Origin: a virus | Direction: 5' to 3' (one strand) | Virus record (IMG/VR): IMGVR_UViG_3300019124_000017 | Coordinates: 1-39,540 of that record | DNA length: 39,540 bases | In this document: positions 6,999 through 16,159 of the stretch, piece by piece | Layout: each line of letters begins with the position of its first letter | Position numbering within the stretch: position 1 is the first letter of the stretch | Notes under the pieces: model-generated | The model's database searches: none | Seen by the model: only the letters and a program-made list of their open reading frames with translations | What the model was told of the DNA's origin: nothing | Translations under genes and position numbers: made by a program

Positions 6999-7419
6999 GT
7001 GTAGGCCTCAAAGCGGCGGTCCAGGCGAACCAGGCGCACACGGCGCCGGTGGCTGCGTATTGCAGGATCAGCACGGCAACGCCGGGCAGCGCCGGCATGG
7101 CACCGGCCGCGGCGAAGGCCATCACCAAATAGACCGCGCCCAGCAGCGCGTAGCCCAGGTGCCGCCTACGACGCGCCCACAGCAATGCGAAGCGGTCGGG
7201 CAGCGCGTCGTTGATCAGCACGTCCAGCCAGCCGATCACCACCAGCAGCGTGAGGCCGGCCAGCACGGCCATCGCGGGCCGGCCGCCCTGCTCCACCACG
7301 TCGTTGACCAAGCTGGTCGGCGCCCACCAAGCCAATGCCACCGTGCTGCTGGCCTGCAGCAGCAACGCGAAGCGCGATACCAGGTGGAACCGCAGCAAGC
7401 GGTGGGGGCGGTCCATCAT
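6988..7419 (-). CDS. Membrane protein with about 4 TM helices. It may be a second holin or antiholin component.
   Basis: 143 aa and hydrophobic. It overlaps the holin start by 11 nt. GGAG lies upstream. Confidence 0.5.
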   Translation of the reverse strand: MMDRPHRLLRFHLVSRFALLLQASSTVALAWWAPTSLVNDVVEQGGRPAMAVLAGLTLLVVIGWLDVLINDALPDRFALLWARRRRHLGYALLGAVYLVMAFAAAGAMPALPGVAVLILQYAATGAVCAWFAWTAALRPTHAL

Positions 7420-7455
7420 GGCGTGAGGCTCCGGTGATGAGGGAAACGGATGGGG

Positions 7456-8109
7456 CTAAATGCCAGCCAGCGCGGCCAGCGTGACCTGCAGCACCGTCCG
7501 CAGGGTGGCCTCGTCGGCGGCGGCATCCACGGCGCGCTTGCCGCCGATGCGAAGCGCCTCGATCGCGGGGCTGAGTTGTTCGTCCCACACCTGCGCAATC
7601 GCCAGGATGGTCTGCGCGGCCTCCAGGGGCGCTACCCCGGTCGCCAGAGCCTCGGCCGCGATGTAGGCCGGCGGGGCGCCCTGCCCTTCAGCGGCCGCAA
7701 ACACCCTGGCCTGCTCGAGCTTGCGCAGGTAGACCGCCTGCTGCCCAGGAACCTCGGTGACGTAGCGCATGCGCGCCTCGCCGGCGGCGGCGTCGATCGC
7801 AGAGCGCGCATCGCGCTTGATCGCGGCGAGCGTGGGCACCGGCAGCCACTGGCCCGCATCGGTGTCCCACTGCCACGTGCGCCACTCGTCGGCCGGCGGC
7901 TCGGGTGGCTGCCAGGGCATGGCCACCGGCTGCTGGTGGCCAAAATCGTCGACGACCAGGTGCACGCACCAGCGGCGCGGGTCATGTTCCCCGGGGATGG
8001 CCGCACACCCTGGCGGCGTGTTGGCCTGCAGCCATTCGACCGGCCCCGCATAGGTGCGCCCCAGCAGACAGCCGGTGGCGGGATCGTAGAAGCTCCACAC
8101 GTCGCTCAC
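7456..8109 (-). CDS. Tail fibre assembly/chaperone-like protein (DUF4376-like C-terminus).
   Basis: The GTG at 8109 overlaps the stop of the J-like gene (GTGA). Begins VSDVWSFYDPATG and carries ...IKRDARSAIDAAAGEARMRYVTEVPGQQAVYLRKLEQA. The 586-aa tracked extension is out of frame with the J-like gene and is rejected. Confidence 0.5.
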   Translation of the reverse strand: MSDVWSFYDPATGCLLGRTYAGPVEWLQANTPPGCAAIPGEHDPRRWCVHLVVDDFGHQQPVAMPWQPPEPPADEWRTWQWDTDAGQWLPVPTLAAIKRDARSAIDAAAGEARMRYVTEVPGQQAVYLRKLEQARVFAAAEGQGAPPAYIAAEALATGVAPLEAAQTILAIAQVWDEQLSPAIEALRIGGKRAVDAAADEATLRTVLQVTLAALAGI

Positions 8110-11100
8110 CGCTTGATCTCCTCGATTCGCAGCTCGCCGTTGTCGATCGTGGTGGTGACGTTGGGGGCCAGCTTTTGCGCTCGCCAGTTGATCGTGTAGC
8201 TTTGCCCGGCGGTGACCGCAAAGCGGCGCGTGAGGGACACGGTGACTCGCGCGGTCTTGTTGAGGCCGATCTGCTGCTCCATCGCCCAATTGCGCGACGT
8301 GCCGATCAGTGCCGTGCCGCCGTTGTCCAACCCGGTGGACAGCCCTGCGTAGTCGTCGCTGCCGCTGGTGTTGGATGCCGGCGTGATCATGGTGGCCGAG
8401 CCGTTGGCGGTGATCAGCACATCCCCAGTGATGCTGGCGGTGAAGGTCAGCGATGCCACGATCGTGGTGGATCCGCCATACAAACCGCCGGAGCCGGTCT
8501 GCCCGGTGATCGTGACCGCGCTGCTGAAGTTGGACACGTGCACCGCGGTTGCGGCGTTGGCGGCAATCTGTGAGGTGGTGACCGAAACGCCGGAGATCGC
8601 TGACCACACGTTGACGTTGGCCGCGGGTATGCCGTTCACGGTGCCGGTGACGTCGCCACCGAAGGCCACGCTGCTGGCCGGCTGGTAGGGGTTCTCGCCG
8701 GCGAGGCTGGGCTTCGTCCAGCTGCTGTAGATCACGCCTGCAGCGTTGATGTCCGGGTCCACCACCCGATAGGCGCGCACCGCCCAGGTGTAGTAGTGCG
8801 TGGGGTTCAGGCCCAGGGCGATGAATGCGCGCTTGTTGGCAGGCACCACCACCACTGTTTCCGCCGCGGGTGATGTGCCTGGCGTGTAGGCGCTGCTGCT
8901 GGTGCTTGCATAGAGCATGACTTCGAAGCCGTCGATCTGGCTTTCCGTGCCGCTCCACGCCCATTCGAAACTGACGTCGGCGCTGCCGTTGGTGTTGATC
9001 GCGTGATCGACGGCATCGCCGTTGGTGACGATGGTGGGCGCAGGGATGGCGGTGGCCAGCCGGTCGTTGCGGGCGTCGAAGTTGACCGAGGCCGCGTCGC
9101 GCAGGTTGTTTGCCGTGAAGGTGAGCGCCACGCTGGCCGAGCTGGCGCTCTCGTTGCCGCTGGTGTCGCGGTGGCGCGCCTGCACGGTGTAGCTGCCAGC
9201 GGCCGGCATCGGCCACAGGTAGGTGTTGCCGCGGCCGCGATAGATGCGGGTGGCGGTGCTCCAGGTGGCGCCCACACGCAGCTCGGTCTCGGCATAGTCG
9301 AGCTCGGTGTTGGGCGTCCAGCTGAACAGCACGCCGCCCACCTGTGCGGTGCCGTTGAAGCTGGCCACGTTGGCCGGCAGCGCCGTTTTGCCCACCACGC
9401 GATGCGAGGCCTGCGCGGACCAGCGGCCAGCCACCAGCGCATTGGCAGCGCGGGCGCGCACCAGGTACACCGCACCGTCCTGCACGTCGGGGATATAGGC
9501 CTGCGTCTCGTAGCCGGGTACGCGCAAGCTGGACCAGGGCGCCGCGGCCGCGTTGGCGTGCTTGTATTGCACCTCGATGTGGCCATTGGCGACCACCGCA
9601 CGATCGGCGATTGCCGGCCAGCTGACCAGGATGCGCGAGGCCACAGTGCCATCGGCCTGCCGCAGCAGCTGGGCCGTGCCGCTGCTGAGGGTCAGGCTGG
9701 CAATGTCTGCCACCGTGGTGGGGCTGGGCAGCGAGGTGTTCGGTGTGATATCGACCGATGGGAAACCGGTGGCCGGGTCATAGATGGCCGCCGCGGTCTC
9801 GCGCAGCGTGAGCACCACCCCACCGGTCTGACTGAACCGCCAGTCGATCACCTGCATGGTCTTGGCGACCCAGCCGTAACGCTCCAGCGTGACCGTGCAC
9901 ACGTCGAACAGCTCGGCACCGAAGGCGCGCATGTTGCACGGGATGACTGCGGTCAACCCGGAATGCGCCTCACGGATTCGCACACCGCAGATGTGCTGGG
10001 CCTGTATGTCGTCGGTGACGGCGTGCAGCGTGACGTCCTGCGGCCGCTCGATGCCGTCCAGCGCGATGTAGGTGGAGGCACGTACCTCGGCGATGGGCGT
10101 GGGCACATAACCGGCGCTGGCCAGCGCGATGCTCGGGCGCATGACGTTGACGTCGTCCTCGGCCGGCAGGTCGGGCACCACGGAAATGCCCTCGGCACCC
10201 GAAAGCCAGTCCTCGGTGATGTGGAACGCAGGCGCGCTGTAGCCGGTGGCGAACCGCAACCGGCCGCCGGACCAACCGAAACGGCCCGCCATGGCCTCCA
10301 CGATTTGCGCCAGCGTGGCCTCCGGCGACTGCTCCGGGTTGCACACGATGCCGGCGCGGTAGGTCTTTTGCGACACGACGCCGACCACGTTGCCGTTCGC
10401 GTCGGTGCGGGTGAAGTTCTGGACCACGTCGCAAGCGTTCGCCGACGCGATGACCGAGGCGGTGTCGATCACGTCGGCAGGCAGTCCGCCGCCAAAGGTA
10501 TAGCGGGCCCAGTCGTATGCGATCAGCGCAGGGTTGTCGCTCCACGCCGTGGTGTTGTTGCGCAGGTCCAGGATCTTGGCGCCACGGAAGTCCACCGAGA
10601 CGTTGGGCACGCCGGTGGGGAACACATCGGCGTCGTACTCCAGCTGCACCTCGAGGCACGCGAAGCCCTGGAACAGGTCGGTGGTGTCGTTGATCAGCGC
10701 CGGGAACTTTGCTTTCAGCGACGCGACCAGGCCCGCGTTGTTGTTGCCCAGGTATGGCGTGATGCGCACGCGCGGCTGCACCAGGTCGTACTGGTAGGAG
10801 ATGGTGACCGTGTCTCCCGTCATCCCCGCGGTGTTGTAACTGACCTGTGTGCTGCTGGGCGTCGTGAACGGCACCGGGTTCGAGTAATCGACCCCGCCCG
10901 CCACCACTGCGACGGAGCCGGGCACAAAGGGGTGCGGCAGCGTCTCTGTTGCGGCCCCCATCGCCTTGGTGATGTGGGCCGTTTCGCGCGTGACCCTGGC
11001 CCATGGCGCGGTGGTGACGTAGCCACTGCCGTCGAGGGTGACCGGCGTATCGTTGAGGTAGATCTGCTCGATCCCGTCGATCTCGTGCCCGGCGAGCGCG

Positions 11101-11393
11101 ACCACCAGCGTGTAGTAGCGGCTGTGGTCGCCATGGGTGCCTTTGAACACCACCCCATCCGCATTCCGCACGCGACCGTAGCAGCGACTGCGCGCACGGT
11201 CGGTGGTGGCCGTCATCACCAGGCGGTCCTGTAGCGACGCGTTGTATGCCGCACGGGCGCGCTGGCGGGCGCGGTTGTTTTGGTAAGCACCTACCGCCAC
11301 TGCCGCCACTGCCGCCGCGACAGCCGCCTGCGCGGCGGTGTAGCCCGCGACCTGCGCACCGTAGTAGATGATGTAGGGAATGGCCTGCGGCAT
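8106..11393 (-). CDS. Host-specificity / central tail fibre protein (lambda J / GTA g15-like).
   Basis: 1095 aa from MPQAIPYIIYYGAQVAGY. Contains ...DRARSRCYGRVRNADGVVF...VVALAGHEIDGIEQIYLND. The middle looks like fibronectin-type repeats. ATGA overlap with the upstream gene. Confidence 0.8.
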   Translation of the reverse strand: MPQAIPYIIYYGAQVAGYTAAQAAVAAAVAAVAVGAYQNNRARQRARAAYNASLQDRLVMTATTDRARSRCYGRVRNADGVVFKGTHGDHSRYYTLVVALAGHEIDGIEQIYLNDTPVTLDGSGYVTTAPWARVTRETAHITKAMGAATETLPHPFVPGSVAVVAGGVDYSNPVPFTTPSSTQVSYNTAGMTGDTVTISYQYDLVQPRVRITPYLGNNNAGLVASLKAKFPALINDTTDLFQGFACLEVQLEYDADVFPTGVPNVSVDFRGAKILDLRNNTTAWSDNPALIAYDWARYTFGGGLPADVIDTASVIASANACDVVQNFTRTDANGNVVGVVSQKTYRAGIVCNPEQSPEATLAQIVEAMAGRFGWSGGRLRFATGYSAPAFHITEDWLSGAEGISVVPDLPAEDDVNVMRPSIALASAGYVPTPIAEVRASTYIALDGIERPQDVTLHAVTDDIQAQHICGVRIREAHSGLTAVIPCNMRAFGAELFDVCTVTLERYGWVAKTMQVIDWRFSQTGGVVLTLRETAAAIYDPATGFPSVDITPNTSLPSPTTVADIASLTLSSGTAQLLRQADGTVASRILVSWPAIADRAVVANGHIEVQYKHANAAAAPWSSLRVPGYETQAYIPDVQDGAVYLVRARAANALVAGRWSAQASHRVVGKTALPANVASFNGTAQVGGVLFSWTPNTELDYAETELRVGATWSTATRIYRGRGNTYLWPMPAAGSYTVQARHRDTSGNESASSASVALTFTANNLRDAASVNFDARNDRLATAIPAPTIVTNGDAVDHAINTNGSADVSFEWAWSGTESQIDGFEVMLYASTSSSAYTPGTSPAAETVVVVPANKRAFIALGLNPTHYYTWAVRAYRVVDPDINAAGVIYSSWTKPSLAGENPYQPASSVAFGGDVTGTVNGIPAANVNVWSAISGVSVTTSQIAANAATAVHVSNFSSAVTITGQTGSGGLYGGSTTIVASLTFTASITGDVLITANGSATMITPASNTSGSDDYAGLSTGLDNGGTALIGTSRNWAMEQQIGLNKTARVTVSLTRRFAVTAGQSYTINWRAQKLAPNVTTTIDNGELRIEEIKR

Positions 11394-11794
11394 CAGCACA
11401 CCCCCCAGGCCACCACGGCCTCTGCCAGCGGATACGCCACCAACCCGTACCGCCCGGGGGCCAGCCAAAACCCACCACCGCACACCGCCATCGCTTCACG
11501 CTTGCCGGCGCGCACCACACCCACGTCGCCCAGCTGTGCAAACGCGGGCGCGATAGGGGCACCCAGACGTGCGGCCGCCAACCCGCGCAGTCCGCCGTGC
11601 CGGTGGAGCACGCGCACCGCCTCGCGTGCCGTGGTGTAGCCGCGCAGGTCCGCCGCCGGGTCGGCGCCGGTGACCGCGTGCACGCAATCCGCTGCGAGCA
11701 GCGCGCAGTCCTGCTGGCCCCAGGCAAACGGGCGCTGGTAGCGCTCCGCCAGGCAGGCAGCCAAGCGGCTCTGCCAATCGGGTAGTCGGTGCAT
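11393..11794 (-). CDS. Minor tail-tip protein, NlpC/P60-like (papain-fold-like).
   Basis: 133 aa with the motif PFAWGQQDCALLAADCV. It occupies the position between the tail-tip genes and the J-like gene. Confidence 0.5.
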   Translation of the reverse strand: MHRLPDWQSRLAACLAERYQRPFAWGQQDCALLAADCVHAVTGADPAADLRGYTTAREAVRVLHRHGGLRGLAAARLGAPIAPAFAQLGDVGVVRAGKREAMAVCGGGFWLAPGRYGLVAYPLAEAVVAWGVC

Positions 11795-11800
11795 GTGGCT

Positions 11801-12370
11801 CTACTTACGGAAGAAGCTGGCCGCCGGCCACACGTCTTGGTGTTGGCTTTGGCTGACGACGAAGCGCATGGAACTGTCGCCGGGGTACAGCCGCCGCTGG
11901 TCCGCGTCGCTGTAGCGAATGCTTTTGACGCGCTGCAGGTGCTTGCCCAGGTGCATGGCCGTGACGGCGATCACCCCCTGCTGCCCCTCCTCACGGATGG
12001 CCATGGTGTCCAGCACGCCGGGGAATATCAGCGGCGCATCGAGCACCGCGCCGCTCACGCTGTCCAGCACGGCGAGGTACACCCGGCAGGCCTTGCCGCG
12101 CGGCGACTCTGCCAGGGCGAGGGCGAGGTTTTCCGTGGGCACGCCGCTGAGCGTGAACTCCACGCCCACCACCTCGCCGCCGGCCGCCTCGCGCAAGGGC
12201 TCCACACTGCCGAGGGCACCCGCACCGAGCCAGTCGGCCCCCGCGTGATTGATGGTGAACGGCGTGTTATTCAGCCGCACAGGCGTGCTGAACATCATTT
12301 CGACCAACACGGCCGTGGTGATGACGGGCGCGCTGAGCGCGGCCGAGGCACTGGTGGTGAGCGAGCGCAT
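11801..12370 (-). CDS. Minor tail-tip protein (DUF2163/GTA g13-like position).
   Basis: 189 aa, between the Dit-like and NlpC-like genes. 1-nt TAATG overlap with the upstream gene. Confidence 0.5.
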   Translation of the reverse strand: MRSLTTSASAALSAPVITTAVLVEMMFSTPVRLNNTPFTINHAGADWLGAGALGSVEPLREAAGGEVVGVEFTLSGVPTENLALALAESPRGKACRVYLAVLDSVSGAVLDAPLIFPGVLDTMAIREEGQQGVIAVTAMHLGKHLQRVKSIRYSDADQRRLYPGDSSMRFVVSQSQHQDVWPAASFFRK

Positions 12371-13518
12371 TACCAGACCTCGAGGAAGTCGAACTCACCC
12401 CCCTCCAGCACCACGGGCACGTGGGCGAAGCGGGCACTGAGCGCGGGGACGATGAACTCGGTGGTGGGGCGGTCCCAAGTGACCGCGGCCCCGCTGGCGA
12501 TCGATGCGCGGGCACGGTTCAGCACGTCGACGGTGATGGTGCCGGCGTCGGCCATGACGGCATCGGCCGCGACCTGGAACAGCTGGCCGCCCACACTGAA
12601 TAGGTCACCGGCCACCAGAGACGGCCGACCACTGTAGGGGCTGGCTGCCGATGCCTGCTCCACCTGCGCGCCCCAGGCATAGACACCGCTGGTGCCGTCC
12701 CCCGTGTAGGTGGTGTTGGTGCTGGTGATGCCATCTGTGAGCACCAGCAGGGTGGCCCCCGCGCCGCTGCTGGAGCAGGTGGCCGTGACCTCGACTCGCC
12801 ACGAACCGTTGCCCGCGTCGGTGATGCGCCAGCTCTTGAGCCCCGCCCCTGCGGACACCACGGCGCCTGTGTCCGGTCGCATGACCAGCGTGGCGGTGGC
12901 TGAGAACCGGGTGGTGGCACCCGGCTGCACGCGCACCGCGCGGTTGCCGGACGCGTTGCGCACGAACACGGAGCCCGTGTAATCCAGCCCCGCCACATAG
13001 CCGCCAAAGCCGTGGGCCAGCACATGCTGCACGCTGGCCGTGGTGTTCTCCACCAGCAGGTCCATCGTGGTGCTGCCATCCGGCGCCGCGATTGCGTTCG
13101 GCGTGACGTTGAGGTTGGTCTTTACCCAATACGCGTTGTCCAGCTGGTCGGTAAAGCGCAGCAGGTTGGCGCCCGAAAGCAGCCCGGCGCCACCGATCAC
13201 CAACTGCGATGCGCGGGCATTGGCCGTGGCGGCGAGGGTCGGCGTGCCGCGCATCGTGCCGACAGGCACCGGCCGCCCCAGGTGGTGCATGCGCAAGCGA
13301 TGCACCCCGCCGGCCAGCTGAGAGAACAGCGCCTCCAGCCGGCCAGAATTCCGACGCAGGGCCGGCGTGTGGCGAATGCTGGCGACGAAACGCTCACCCA
13401 GGAACTGGTGGGACTGCGTGGTGCCGTTGTGGGGGCTGGCGAACAGCAACCCCGACTTCTGAATGCCCCACTCCATGGCGGCGACGCGCAGCCATTCGGG
13501 CATGTCGTAAGTGGCCAT
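12370..13518 (-). CDS. Distal-tail-protein-like protein with an inserted beta-sandwich (lectin/CBM-like) domain.
   Basis: 382 aa, immediately downstream of the tape measure. The central segment NLLRFTDQLDNAYWVKTNL...GNGSWRVEV...GVYAWGAQVEQ looks like a carbohydrate-binding jelly-roll insertion. Confidence 0.55.
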   Translation of the reverse strand: MATYDMPEWLRVAAMEWGIQKSGLLFASPHNGTTQSHQFLGERFVASIRHTPALRRNSGRLEALFSQLAGGVHRLRMHHLGRPVPVGTMRGTPTLAATANARASQLVIGGAGLLSGANLLRFTDQLDNAYWVKTNLNVTPNAIAAPDGSTTMDLLVENTTASVQHVLAHGFGGYVAGLDYTGSVFVRNASGNRAVRVQPGATTRFSATATLVMRPDTGAVVSAGAGLKSWRITDAGNGSWRVEVTATCSSSGAGATLLVLTDGITSTNTTYTGDGTSGVYAWGAQVEQASAASPYSGRPSLVAGDLFSVGGQLFQVAADAVMADAGTITVDVLNRARASIASGAAVTWDRPTTEFIVPALSARFAHVPVVLEGGEFDFLEVW

Positions 13519-13521
13519 CGG

Positions 13522-15573
13522 TTACCCCATCGCCGCCTGTGAATACAGGCCGCCGTTGCGCAGCGAGCGCTGCAGGCGCGCCTCTAGCGAGCCCATCGCC
13601 GCCTGAATCGCCGACATGGTTTCCTGCCGCGTCATCCCGGCCTGCACGTTGATGACGGTCTGCATCTGCGGGCCGCCACCGCCCTCGCCCACCGAAGGTT
13701 TCAGTGGCGTGATGCGCCCGCCGGCAGCACCAGCCATCAGGTAGTCACGGCCGTTGATCGTGGCCAGCTCGGGCATGCCGTTCTCGTTGACCGCGTAGAA
13801 CTTCCCACGCTGGATGGAACCCCCGGTCGCGCGGCCCCCGCCGAAGACCTGCGCCAGCAGCGCCACCCAGCCGGAGGCCCCACCGCCACCACTGCCCCCA
13901 GCGCCGCCACCCTGCCCATCGCCAAAGACCGCCTTTGCCAGATTGGCCGCAATGGCCTCAGCTGCCATGCGCGCGAGCATGTCGCCCCACAGCTTGAGGA
14001 TGCTGTCGAAATCGCCCTTCATGGTGCGCACGATGGTGTCGCCGAGGGCGTCTTGAATGTTGCGCTGGGCCTCGTCTGCGAAGGTGCTCATGCGCTTGAC
14101 GTGCTCATCGCTTGCCTCGTTGATCGAGCCCAGGCGGGCGCGCACCGCCTCGGCATAACGCTCAATCGCCTCCTGGGACTCTCGAGCGCCGAACGCCCCC
14201 CGCTCAAAGGCCTCGGCCAGCAGCAGCATGTCGCTGCGGGTCTTCTCCAACTGCGCGCTGGGGGTGGCCGCCAGCAGATCATTCAGGCGCTGCTGGCGAT
14301 CAGCAGCCGCCTGCGTCGCCGGGTCCAGCTGGGCCAGTTCCTCGCGCAGGCGCACGATGGCCTCGGTGCGCGCGGCGCTCTCCGGCATCGTGAGCAGTTC
14401 GTCCAGCGTCTTGTTCAACTCCGCGATGCGCGCGGCGTCGGTGTTCTCCAACGCCTTGATCGCCGACTTGAACGACTCGGGGATCTCAGGGCCGACGAAA
14501 GCCGGCTTGTCGATCTTGGCCTTGCCCTCCACCTTGGGCAAAGCGGGCAGACTGAGCTTGTCGCCGGTGGCCAACTCAGCGCGCCGAAACGATTCCTTCG
14601 CGCCGTCAGGCGACGGCGAGCCGCGGCGGTCCAGCTCATTGAAGCGCTGTTTGGCGAGCCGCAGCTTTTCGTTTGTCTCGTCAAGCTCCCTCTTGAACTG
14701 AGGGCCATAGAACCCGTTCTCGAGCCCGTTCTTCAGCACGGTGGCCCGGCGGTTCAGCTTCAGCACCTCATCGGCGGCGGCCGCCAGCTCGCGCTTCGAC
14801 TTGAATTCCTTGTCGAAGCCGAACAGCGCAAAGAAGCCGTCGTTGTTCACCCGCTCGAAAAGCGAATTCAACGCAGGAAGCAGCGTCGAGGTCAGTTCAC
14901 GCGCGGCTGCGCCTGCATTGGTGCGCAGCGCGGCCATCTGCTTGTTGAACGCCTCGGCCGCGTCGGCTTGACTCGTCGTGACGGTGGCGTTGAGCTGCCC
15001 CTGCTCGGCCAGGTTCTTCAGGAACGGGGCCGCCTCCCTCACCGACTTGCCAAAAAGCTCCTGCGTGATGCGCGCCTTGTTGCCGTCGTTCTCAAAGCGA
15101 GCCAGCGCCACCGCCACCTGGCGCAGCGCCTCTGCAGGGTCAAGCCGGCGCAGCTGCTCGACGCTGACGCCGATCGCCAGGAGGGCTTGCGAGGCGCCGT
15201 TCTTGCCGTCCGCCTCCGACAGCACACCGTTGAACTTGACCAGGATGGACGAAATGTCCCCCAACGCCGTGCCGGTGCGCAGGCCAACGTCTTCGAGCGC
15301 GGACAGGTTTTCGACGGTGGAGCCGGTGGCGTCGGCCAGATCGTTCAGCGCCGCCAGAGCTTCTGTGGTTTGGCCGATCAGCGCAGTGACTTGCACCCCA
15401 GCAAAAGCACCGGCCAAGGCAGACCCGACCCCCACCGCCACGCCTTTCAGGCGGGCGAAGCTGGCCTCGATCTTGGCCGCGTGCTTCTCAGCCAGGCGGC
15501 TGGCTTTGTCCAGGCCCTCCTGGAGCTTGGCCAGCCGCGCCTCCAGGTCGATCGATAGGGTGGCGATGGGCAT
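13522..15573 (-). CDS. Tape measure protein.
   Basis: 683 aa, Ala/Leu/Glu-rich and helical, with a Gly-rich patch. It follows the G/GT chaperone. Confidence 0.85.
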   Translation of the reverse strand: MPIATLSIDLEARLAKLQEGLDKASRLAEKHAAKIEASFARLKGVAVGVGSALAGAFAGVQVTALIGQTTEALAALNDLADATGSTVENLSALEDVGLRTGTALGDISSILVKFNGVLSEADGKNGASQALLAIGVSVEQLRRLDPAEALRQVAVALARFENDGNKARITQELFGKSVREAAPFLKNLAEQGQLNATVTTSQADAAEAFNKQMAALRTNAGAAARELTSTLLPALNSLFERVNNDGFFALFGFDKEFKSKRELAAAADEVLKLNRRATVLKNGLENGFYGPQFKRELDETNEKLRLAKQRFNELDRRGSPSPDGAKESFRRAELATGDKLSLPALPKVEGKAKIDKPAFVGPEIPESFKSAIKALENTDAARIAELNKTLDELLTMPESAARTEAIVRLREELAQLDPATQAAADRQQRLNDLLAATPSAQLEKTRSDMLLLAEAFERGAFGARESQEAIERYAEAVRARLGSINEASDEHVKRMSTFADEAQRNIQDALGDTIVRTMKGDFDSILKLWGDMLARMAAEAIAANLAKAVFGDGQGGGAGGSGGGGASGWVALLAQVFGGGRATGGSIQRGKFYAVNENGMPELATINGRDYLMAGAAGGRITPLKPSVGEGGGGPQMQTVINVQAGMTRQETMSAIQAAMGSLEARLQRSLRNGGLYSQAAMG

Positions 15574-16159
15574 CAGGTGTCCTCATTGGTGGGCGGCCGG
15601 TGCAGCTTGATGACGCACAGGCGCCGCAGCAGCAGCTCCACGTCCGTCACGCCGAGCAGCTGCACCACAAACGGCAAGCCGGCCCAGTCAAAGCCGCCGC
15701 TGCCGTTGGCCAGCAGCGCATAGGCCTCGAGCGCCACCTCGTCGTCGGCGGTCAGCTGCGGCGGTGCCTCGCCCTCGTACTCGATGCCGGCGCGTGCATC
15801 GAGCAGGGCGATCAGTTTTTTCCTGCGGCCTCGCGTGCCTTCAGGTGTTCGCCGATGGCCTTGGCCAGGTGTTCGAAGACCTTCTCGATCCAGTCGATCC
15901 GGTCAGCGACCAGGACCGCCCAAAGCTCAGGCTCGAACGGCACCGGCGAACTGCCGCCGACGCCAGCGCCCAGCAGATCCGACTCAACGAAGCCGTCCCA
16001 GCCGACCACATGACGGGCAGCGGCATCCACCGGGGTGGCGTGCCGGAAGCCGTAGAACTCCGCCTCGGGCGGGCGGCGCACGCGCACCCGCTTACCCGGC
16101 GCCAGGTCAACCCAGGCCTCACGCTGGGCGAGCACCTGCTGCAGCAGCTTCTCGCTCAT
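15573..16159 (-). CDS. Tail assembly chaperone GT-like fusion made by a programmed -1 frameshift.
   Basis: The -1 frame is open for 80 codons after A_AAA_AAC (LIALLDARAGIEYEGE...KLHRPPTNEDT). Its TGA at 15573-15575 overlaps the tape measure ATG. Confidence 0.7.
15812..16159 (-). CDS. Tail assembly chaperone (gpG-like).
   Basis: 115 aa, between the major tail and tape measure genes. It ends ...GGA AAA AAC TGA, which carries a slippery heptamer. Confidence 0.8.
   Translation of the reverse strand: MSEKLLQQVLAQREAWVDLAPGKRVRVRRPPEAEFYGFRHATPVDAAARHVVGWDGFVESDLLGAGVGGSSPVPFEPELWAVLVADRIDWIEKVFEHLAKAIGEHLKAREAAGKN
15815..15821 (-). other. Slippery heptamer A_AAA_AAC, a -1 ribosomal frameshift site.
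   Basis: The plus strand reads gtttttt. In the G frame the codons are GGA AAA AAC, followed by the stop. Confidence 0.7.

Noticed and set aside
7456-9216. 586-aa ORF on the minus strand that overlaps the 3' third of the J-like gene.
   Set aside because: Only the last 217 codons (from the GTG at 8109, coupled to the J stop) look like a real protein. The upstream part is an out-of-frame Arg/Gln-rich read through the J gene.
9003-11234. Very long ORFs antisense to structural genes: 9003..11234 (+), 14053..15558 (+), 19807..21087 (+), 21393..23372 (+), 24011..25273 (+), 25963..27381 (+) and 26802..28910 (+).
   Set aside because: These are shadow ORFs typical of high-GC DNA. They are Arg/Ala/Gly/His-rich low-complexity translations with no motifs. 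Each lies opposite a gene with clear family signatures and operon coupling.
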